A stretch of 37,208 nt of DNA, from assembly GCF_001194135.2 (NCBI RefSeq), contig NC_068996.1, forward strand, positions 55,236,988 through 55,274,195, written 5' to 3'. The DNA comes from Octopus bimaculoides. Taxonomy: Eukaryota. The first letter of the stretch is position 1, and each line of letters begins with the position of its first letter. Below, one piece after another: positions 34,617 through 37,208 of the stretch. The notes below the pieces were generated by a model. It worked only from the letters and a program-made list of their open reading frames with translations, ran no database searches and was not told the origin of the DNA. Made by a program: the position numbers and the translations under genes.

Positions 34617-35508
34617 GAGATATGGTAGGAAAATTATTTCAGTGTTACTAAAAATACAAAAGCAATTGCTAGAGTTTACTCAACCTTTTAGCAATCAGAT
34701 TTCTTGGTCAAATGTAATTCTTATTTATTCAAATTGGTTTTAATTAAGCACACATTATCTTGTAGTTTCAATGGTATGTTTGTGTATTTTTAGAATGACA
34801 TTATAGGGTAAGTGTGAGAAGCAGGATCTGGTCAGTTTTAACATAAAACAAATTGAATATTTGGGCCGGATAGAGCCAGATTAAATGCTAAAGCATTAAA
34901 TGTTTTTAATAGCTAATATCAGAATGGAGAAACAAGAAGTTGAAGCATACATTCTTTCCCCACAAATCAAAACCATTAGCAACATAAATGAAGTGAAGCA
35001 GTTCCAAATGAGAATTGAAAACAGGTGGTAAACGAGGCTCACAAAGGATTTCAAGTTCCATCATGGTACCAACTGTTGCCAGGTAACAAACGAATTTTTA
35101 TTTTGGTCATACTGTATTAAATGAAATGTATTTCACCCCAGAATTCATATTAGAGAAAAAAAAAAAATATATATATATCTTTTGTTTTTTACTTGTTTCA
35201 GTCATTGCACTGTGGCCATGCTGGGGCACCACCTTGAAAGGTTTTAGTTGAACACATCAATCCCAGTATATCTTTTATCTTTTACTTGTTTCAGTCATTA
35301 AACTGGTCATGCTAGGGCAATACCTTATATACTGCTATGCAATATATGAAACATATTCATAAAAAAAAAAAAAAAAGCAACAACATACCTCATGAAAACC
35401 ATGTGCTATATTTTTTCGGACTGCAGGTAAAGAATCCTTACACATCATTGAAAATGTTTCTAATAGTTCCGATTCAAAATCTTTGGCCCCAACAAACAAA
35501 GAAATAGC
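5812..35508 (-). CDS. PPP4R4: Serine/threonine-protein phosphatase 4 regulatory subunit 4 orthologue, 5'-partial; join of 17 exons (35389-35508, 32773-32850, 31464-31538, 30449-30622, 29224-29329, 25346-25635, 22028-22069, 20722-20808, 19856-19934, 18661-18768, 16213-16305, 15068-15148, 14728-14829, 13734-13791, 12985-13124, 6450-6492, 5812-5836)
   Basis: Manual minus-strand exon assembly. All introns are GT-AG, phases chain without a break, and the total is 1701 nt = 566 aa + TGA. HEAT-region peptides align from memory to human PPP4R4 (e.g. WRLQEEF~WRTHEKL, RALPVKLAVARTFL~NVLPVQKAASRTLC, DPVPNIRLKLC~DPVANVRMKLC). The N-terminal exons lie beyond the window. Confidence 0.9.
6450..6492 (-). CDS. 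PPP4R4: PPP4R4 penultimate exon, 43 nt, phase 1-2: (G)LVNRTGYLSKSLE(R)
   Basis: gctttatttcag|GG TTG ... AG|gtaaga; phase-compatible, no homology support. Confidence 0.7.
7288..7547 (+). mobile_element. Young tRNA-derived SINE of a second family, CORE/Meta-like central domain
   Basis: TGGCTTAGTGGTTAG A box, GGTTTCGATTCC B box, ttcttgagcaaaacatttc core-like segment, CpG-rich; TSD tatcatatatatat at 7274-7287 and from 7548. Confidence 0.85.
7915..8430 (-). mobile_element. RTE LINE 3' UTR fragment(s)
   Basis: Shares ctccaatctgatctggca...ctacggctggatgcccttc.taacgccaaccact with 12061-12250; internal repeats of tttt.atgtgccactgg. Confidence 0.8.
8682..11000 (-). mobile_element. Degenerate hAT (Buster/ZBED8-SCAND3-like) DNA transposon with broken transposase; one terminus preserved
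   Basis: ORF fragments 10590..10937 (CILC...NEAMKPSHL..H..AKH, BED finger), 10366..10629, 9550..10365 (DGAPSMIG, HCLAHQQHL) and 9284..9481. The C-terminal FPT.LVESGF motif lies near 9230-9260. TIR CAGTGTTTCCCAAAC starts at 8682, preceded by 8-mer GTCTAGAC (nnnTAnnn, the Buster TSD pattern). The other TIR was not found. Confidence 0.9.
10315..10498 (-). mobile_element. 5'-truncated tRNA-derived SINE inserted into the hAT transposase
   Basis: Reverse complement of the SINE at 3858-4078; perfect 14-bp TSD tgctggagaatatt at 10301-10314 and 10499-10512. Confidence 0.92.
11849..12060 (-). mobile_element. SINE-like interspersed repeat (cttttact.gtttcagtcatttgactgcggcca.gctggagcacc family) ending in (CA)n
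   Basis: Same sequence recurs at about 1645-1870, 2235-2290, 13860-13905, 33755-33930 and 35185-35325. Confidence 0.75.
12061..12841 (-). mobile_element. 5'-truncated RTE-clade LINE (RT C-terminus plus 3' UTR)
   Basis: RRLRWYGHLARMDEDSCVKKCHTLAVEGTCGRGRPRKTWDEVVKHDL is the typical RTE/BovB ORF end; 3' terminus catgccagcatggaaagcggac; low divergence. Confidence 0.92.
12985..13124 (-). CDS. PPP4R4: PPP4R4 poly-Thr exon, 140 nt, phase 2-1: (N)IRKNNSTTTTTTTTTTAASTATTNSTTTTATATITTTTTTDNSSDH
   Basis: cattattttcag|T ATT ... CAT G|gtatgc; open only in the Thr frame given upstream phase; 25 of 46 complete codons are Thr. Confidence 0.78.
13734..13791 (-). CDS. PPP4R4: PPP4R4 tail exon, 58 nt, phase 1-2: (T)SAGVQKQAKSGIKPTSSN
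   Basis: tttcttattttcaag|CT TCA ... AA|gtaagt; an alternative in-frame acceptor (cag) lies 6 nt downstream, exon start 13785; provides the 1-to-2 phase change the next exon needs. Confidence 0.8.
14728..14829 (-). CDS. PPP4R4: PPP4R4 tail exon, 102 nt, phase 1-1: (D)GKSAETRLCNNTRIPRVSTPVRPPSPTTVSHIP
   Basis: tttgtttttag|AT GGT ... CCC A|gtaagt; CpG-containing, GC-elevated island in AT-rich intron; within ORF 14669..14851. Confidence 0.85.
15068..15148 (-). CDS. PPP4R4: PPP4R4 tail exon, 81 nt, phase 1-1: (D)SKLVDSTGKRDTKIPVIGTSSLPTPK
   Basis: ttctccaaaccag|AT TCA ... AAA G|gtaaga; open frame, phase-compatible. Confidence 0.82.
16213..16305 (-). CDS. PPP4R4: PPP4R4 tail exon, 93 nt, phase 1-1: (V)KTKGSSIPNCRLVKSRSTSSICSASQIPKR
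   Basis: taaatttgcag|TT AAA ... CGA G|gtaaga; RLVKSRS recalls human KLIRSQS. Confidence 0.85.
17218..17491. repeat. Foldback palindrome (MITE-like): arms of ~128 bp, loop of 17 nt
   Basis: 17218-17345 (caattgcagc...ctgttcactga) is the reverse complement of 17363-17491 (tcagtgaacaag...gctgcaattg) with scattered mismatches. Confidence 0.9.
18661..18768 (-). CDS. PPP4R4: PPP4R4 tail exon, 108 nt, phase 1-1: (A)QKSTSEKRASPTPLKECKKSLSNCSSSLTPVSSPK
   Basis: attttgttttcag|CT CAG ... AAG G|gtaagg; within ORF 18518..18778. Confidence 0.85.
18970..19135 (+). mobile_element. CORE-like tRNA SINE of a third family
   Basis: gtggttaagaagtttgcttccc...cagtccca...ccttagtcaagtgtct...gtagatggaaactgaaagaagcc. 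Other copies lie at about 841-1010 (+), 17710-17850 (+), 18355-18495 (-), 18905-18965 (-), 21170-21250 (-), 25030-25150 (-) and 33220-33370 (-). Confidence 0.75.
19856..19934 (-). CDS. PPP4R4: PPP4R4 tail exon, 79 nt, phase 0-1: DEKNEEKSKVKKDVPFSKIPSPRKVS
   Basis: ttttttttatag|GAT ... TCA G|gtaaat; supplies the phase change needed between its neighbours. Confidence 0.85.
20722..20808 (-). CDS. PPP4R4: PPP4R4 exon, 87 nt, phase 0-0: LGSKTQEKLQTAEDLIDLHREAEEISLLN
   Basis: gaaatcttcag|CTT ... AAT|gtaagt; DLIDLHREAEE aligns with recalled human DLLDQEKEREE. Confidence 0.88.
21345..21650 (+). mobile_element. RTE LINE 3' UTR fragment in opposite orientation
   Basis: gtggttggtgttaagaagggcatccagctgtag...ccatgccagcatggaaagcggatgttaaac followed by a (GAT)-like tail; reverse complement of 12061-12420. 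Confidence 0.82.
22028..22069 (-). CDS. PPP4R4: PPP4R4 small exon, 42 nt, phase 0-0: ALWDLEQIVVPVHL
   Basis: ttctttattaaatttag|GCA ... TTG|gtaagt; 14 codons, same length and position as the recalled human TVLELDRMEMSMDA segment. Confidence 0.85.
22540..24940 (-). mobile_element. Long decayed RTE-clade LINE (RT domain plus Cys-rich finger)
   Basis: ORF 23471..23722 FLVRQLQEKYL.KSKPLFLAFVDLEEAFDWVP (RT motif); ORF 23123..23317 CLICRKRVG.N.TQC.KLWTHK; many stops and frameshifts. Confidence 0.88.
25346..25635 (-). CDS. PPP4R4: PPP4R4 exon, 290 nt, phase 1-0: (E)LSVGNCYFRSLFLDVCSISLDIYSKSFFKEKLFDNALSLYCDPVPNIRLKLCRFIPCMKQTLNLPEDDARLSDLCNVVSKILRSDKDPDVLSFAKQ
   Basis: tttctttacag|AA TTG ... CAG|gtaagg; ORF 25307..25633; strong similarity to recalled human RLRFLDTCEFIIEIFSKSFFCKYFFLPAIELTHDPVANVRMKLCYLLPKVKSTLKIP. 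Confidence 0.95.
25700..26809. mobile_element. Long-inverted-repeat (foldback) DNA element spanning an assembly gap
   Basis: Left arm ~25700-26123 and right arm ~26506-26809 are reverse complements (gggagataaatcgaattag/ctaattcgatttatctccc; tttgtgatttgacgggcaaca/tgttgcccgtcaaatcacaaa; tcactgacatctattcag/ctgaatagacgtcagtga). The left arm has an extra ~110-bp insert. Confidence 0.82.
26250..26371. other. Assembly gap at the centre of the long inverted repeat
   Basis: N run. Confidence 1.
27258..27320. repeat. Compound (TG)n-(AG)n microsatellite
   Basis: Direct reading. Confidence 0.95.
27604..27824. mobile_element. piggyBac-type MITE, 221 bp
   Basis: TTAA|ccctttcgtcacc ... ggtaatgaaaggg|TTAA; 13-bp TIR with 2 mismatches. 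Confidence 0.82.
28051..28155. repeat. Degenerate 20-bp-period array of (C)TAATTAG motifs
   Basis: Motif starts at 28052, 28072, 28092, 28112 and 28132 (exact 20-bp spacing), then 28149; spacers diverge. Confidence 0.7.
29224..29329 (-). CDS. PPP4R4: PPP4R4 exon, 106 nt, phase 0-1: RALPVKLAVARTFLTLLRTLKKAEYREQLINKLTE
   Basis: tttttttatag|AGG ... GAG G|gtaagt; matches recalled human NVLPVQKAASRTLCIFLRYNRKQEQRHEVIQKLIE. Confidence 0.93.
30024..30312 (-). mobile_element. 3' end of an R4/Dong-like (restriction-like endonuclease) non-LTR retrotransposon with (TAA)n tail
   Basis: Minus strand reads EIAWLWKMKKVKMVPIIVGSLGSVSEGIKRNIEEIGIKRPVELLQKVCLLDTARIIRKVLEN*, the conserved RLE-element C-terminus; (TTA)n at 29999-30023. 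Confidence 0.85.
30449..30622 (-). CDS. PPP4R4: PPP4R4 exon, 174 nt, phase 0-0: VAEIIPAIMAAESVIFSSYSWRLQEEFVLTLSSLPKWFNSETIYVKIMPVIYTKLKKA
   Basis: ttttctttctag|GTA ... GCT|gtacgt; overlaps ORF 30362..30598; matches recalled human LIPALTAAEQRAAASLKWRTHEKLLQKYACLP. Confidence 0.92.
30639..30724. other. Assembly gap 16 nt upstream of the acceptor of exon 30449-30622
   Basis: N run; aaatca occurs on both sides, so it may be a collapsed overlap. Confidence 1.
31464..31538 (-). CDS. PPP4R4: PPP4R4 exon, 75 nt, phase 0-0: VLSGVTSHLAEIFEVLGKHKHSENQ
   Basis: ttcttattttag|GTC ... CAA|gtaagt; matches recalled human VLDALIDHLPEILELM...ENK. Confidence 0.9.
32132..32232. repeat. Polypurine (GGGA)n/(GA)n tract
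   Basis: Direct reading; source of the spurious SLSLSL ORFs. Confidence 0.95.
32432..32495 (+). mobile_element. Possible pogo/Tigger-like terminal fragment
   Basis: TA followed by cac..cctcaacttatgacc...ggtcgtaagtcga resembles Tigger/pogo TIRs (cctcgacttacga); partner end not seen. Confidence 0.35.
32773..32850 (-). CDS. PPP4R4: PPP4R4 exon, 78 nt, phase 0-0: VVKLLDFQSGIVLKNLADLLRDNNLE
   Basis: tttattttcag|GTG ... GAG|gtacag; matches recalled human VSKLLNSGVYLIHKELITLLQDESLE. Confidence 0.92.
35389..35508 (-). CDS. PPP4R4: PPP4R4 exon, 120 nt, phase 0-0: AISLFVGAKDFESELLETFSMMCKDSLPAVRKNIAHGFHE
   Basis: ataatttttcag|GCT ... GAG|gtatgt; 40 aa collinear with recalled human AMIVFVDPKNFHMELYSTFFCLCHDPEVPVRYTIAICFYE. 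Confidence 0.92.
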
Positions 35509-36155
35509 CTGAAAAATTATATGAAAAATGGGTTATTAAATAAAAAAAACTAAAAAATGAGAAGAAATGGTGAGGTCAGATCTGAAGACACTGGAGAGGA
35601 GTTCAGATTCTAAGGAGATTTTAAGTAGTTACTCAGTCTGTTGAATACAGAACAGTCAAATTTCCTTCAACAAATTGTTTACTGTCTTTATGAAAGGAGA
35701 TCTTATTAACACTGAGGAAGCTTCTATGTATCCATCTGGGACGGCCATAATGAAAGTTTTGATCAACTATACCTCAGGAGGCTGGATTTGCAGGTTAAAC
35801 TCGTCTCTTCAGATTTACCTTTATTTCACAGGTCTTGTAGGAATGGTTCTTGGCACACAATATTTTCTCACAATAATATGGGATCATAATTTTGCCAAGA
35901 GTCCAGCTTATTCTATGATGAATACTTATTTATTGATATCCCCCCACCCATCCACCTCTACATGTACTGGGTTGAAAAGCATTGACAAGTCCAGAGAGAT
36001 TTGAACCCAGAAATGTTGAAAAAGTATTATGACTGGTGCTTTACCGTTTGTGCCATTCTGCTGTGGTGACTATCTTCATAACAGTAATAATATTTTCAAT
36101 ACAGATACAAAGTTTGGATTTGAAATTTAGGTAGGGGGAGGGATTAGCTGATTAA

Positions 36156-36372
36156 CCCTTTAGCATTTGAACTGACCATATCTGGCCAAAATATTCTCCC
36201 TGATTTATGTTCAAACTGGCAAGACCCACCCAGCCTCTCACACCTACCTTACAATGTCCTAAATATAAACAATCACATCACTGAGATCTCAAAGCTATGA
36301 GATAATTCATGATTAAATCTAAAATTATGTGAATAAATAAGCATTTGATAGAGTAATCTGAATGCTGAAGGG
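36156..36372. mobile_element. piggyBac-type MITE, 217 bp
   Basis: TTAA|ccctttagcatt ... aatgctgaaggg|TTAA; a partial reverse copy lies at about 34745-34900. Confidence 0.82.
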
Positions 36373-36393
36373 TTAAATTACCCACACTATTAA

Positions 36394-36528
36394 CCCTTTG
36401 AGCCTGTAACACTGGTTTACTGTAGATGGCTTATTTTTCTCTATACTGTAGCACCGCTCTACTGGTGGAGTGCATCAGGAAGCCAGGTGTATGGTCAAAT
36501 AAGGTTCAGGAGGTCAGGGCTCAAAGGG
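36394..36528. mobile_element. piggyBac-type MITE, 135 bp, different family
   Basis: TTAA|ccctttgagcc ... ggctcaaaggg|TTAA; perfect 11-bp TIR. Confidence 0.82.
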
Positions 36529-37208
36529 TTAAATTGCTGCATTATGAACCCCAGAAAGATGAAAGAGAAAGTTGATGATCTTGGAAGGATTTGAACACAA
36601 AACAAATTTCCTTAAAAAATATTGCTAGGCTTTTTGTCTGGCACTAACAATCCACAGTAATGTATTCTGATTTAGGCAGAAGGGCCAGGGAGAGATTTAG
36701 ATGATACCAATGACCTCAGTACATGACTGGTACTTTATTTTATCAACCCCTAAAAAAGAATGAAAAGAAAAGTTGGCTTCAGTGTGATTTGAACTTGCTC
36801 CTCAGAATGCTAATTCTCTGAAATTTCCATCAATCAATCACACATTCTTCCACCCAATGTCAACTGTCAGATGCAGGGTCTATGAGCTGGCACATTAGTC
36901 AAGAGCACTGGAATCTCCAAAAAGGCCTCCTCTGTGAATTTCTGATGAGAGGAGAAACTGCCACCCCTTATTCAGAGGGGGTACTCAAAAGCAACCTTGT
37001 TCCACCTCACAAAATTTCTCTGAGAGGCCCAGTCAGATGTACAGAGATAACATGAACCACATTAATATAACTGATTATGGAAAGTGTGTGTGTGTGTGTG
37101 GGGGGGGGGTTGAAGGGCCAGGTGGGAGAGAGTCAAGAAACACAAGCAATGCCCCCCCCCTCCCACCCACCACTGACCAAACAATAACAACAAACTAAAA
37201 AAATATTT

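Noticed and set aside
35442-35508. Apparent 67-nt exon ending at T|gtaagg
   Set aside because: The frame continues to GAG|gtatgt at 35389 and gives a 40-aa match to the recalled human segment, so the internal gtaag is coding (TGT AAG).
35675-36004. 109-aa plus-strand ORF
   Set aside because: No recognisable domain, no supporting splice structure, and it is antisense within a PPP4R4 intron; I also did not find the expected upstream PPP4R4 exon (ending ...NFP) here.

Overview
AT-rich, microsatellite- and transposon-laden animal genomic DNA with three assembly gaps. The tRNA-derived SINE families and RTE LINE 3' ends resemble those I know from octopus genomes; this assignment is an inference. 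The window is dominated by one minus-strand gene that the ORF track mostly misses: the 3' portion of a PPP4R4 (PP4 regulatory subunit 4) orthologue. I assembled it by hand as 17 phase-consistent GT-AG exons from 35508 down to a TGA at 5812-5814 (1701 nt, 566 aa plus stop). The first eight exons match the human PPP4R4 HEAT region as I recall it, several with apparently matching boundaries. The last nine encode a divergent basic S/T/P-rich tail. The most interesting observation is that this tail carries seven [ST]-x-[IL]-P (SxIP, EB1-binding-type) motifs in about 155 aa, spread over mostly frame-symmetric phase-1 exons. They are followed by a microsatellite-like poly-Thr exon whose alternative frame reads poly-Pro/poly-Gln. 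This suggests a splice-tunable microtubule plus-end-targeted PP4 subunit (hypothesis). The introns hold a Buster/hAT transposase fossil cleanly interrupted by a SINE, RTE LINE fragments, R4/Dong-like LINE ends at (TAA)n tracts, piggyBac-type MITEs, two foldback elements and a 20-bp-period TAATTA cluster. No rRNA, true tRNA gene or CRISPR array is present.
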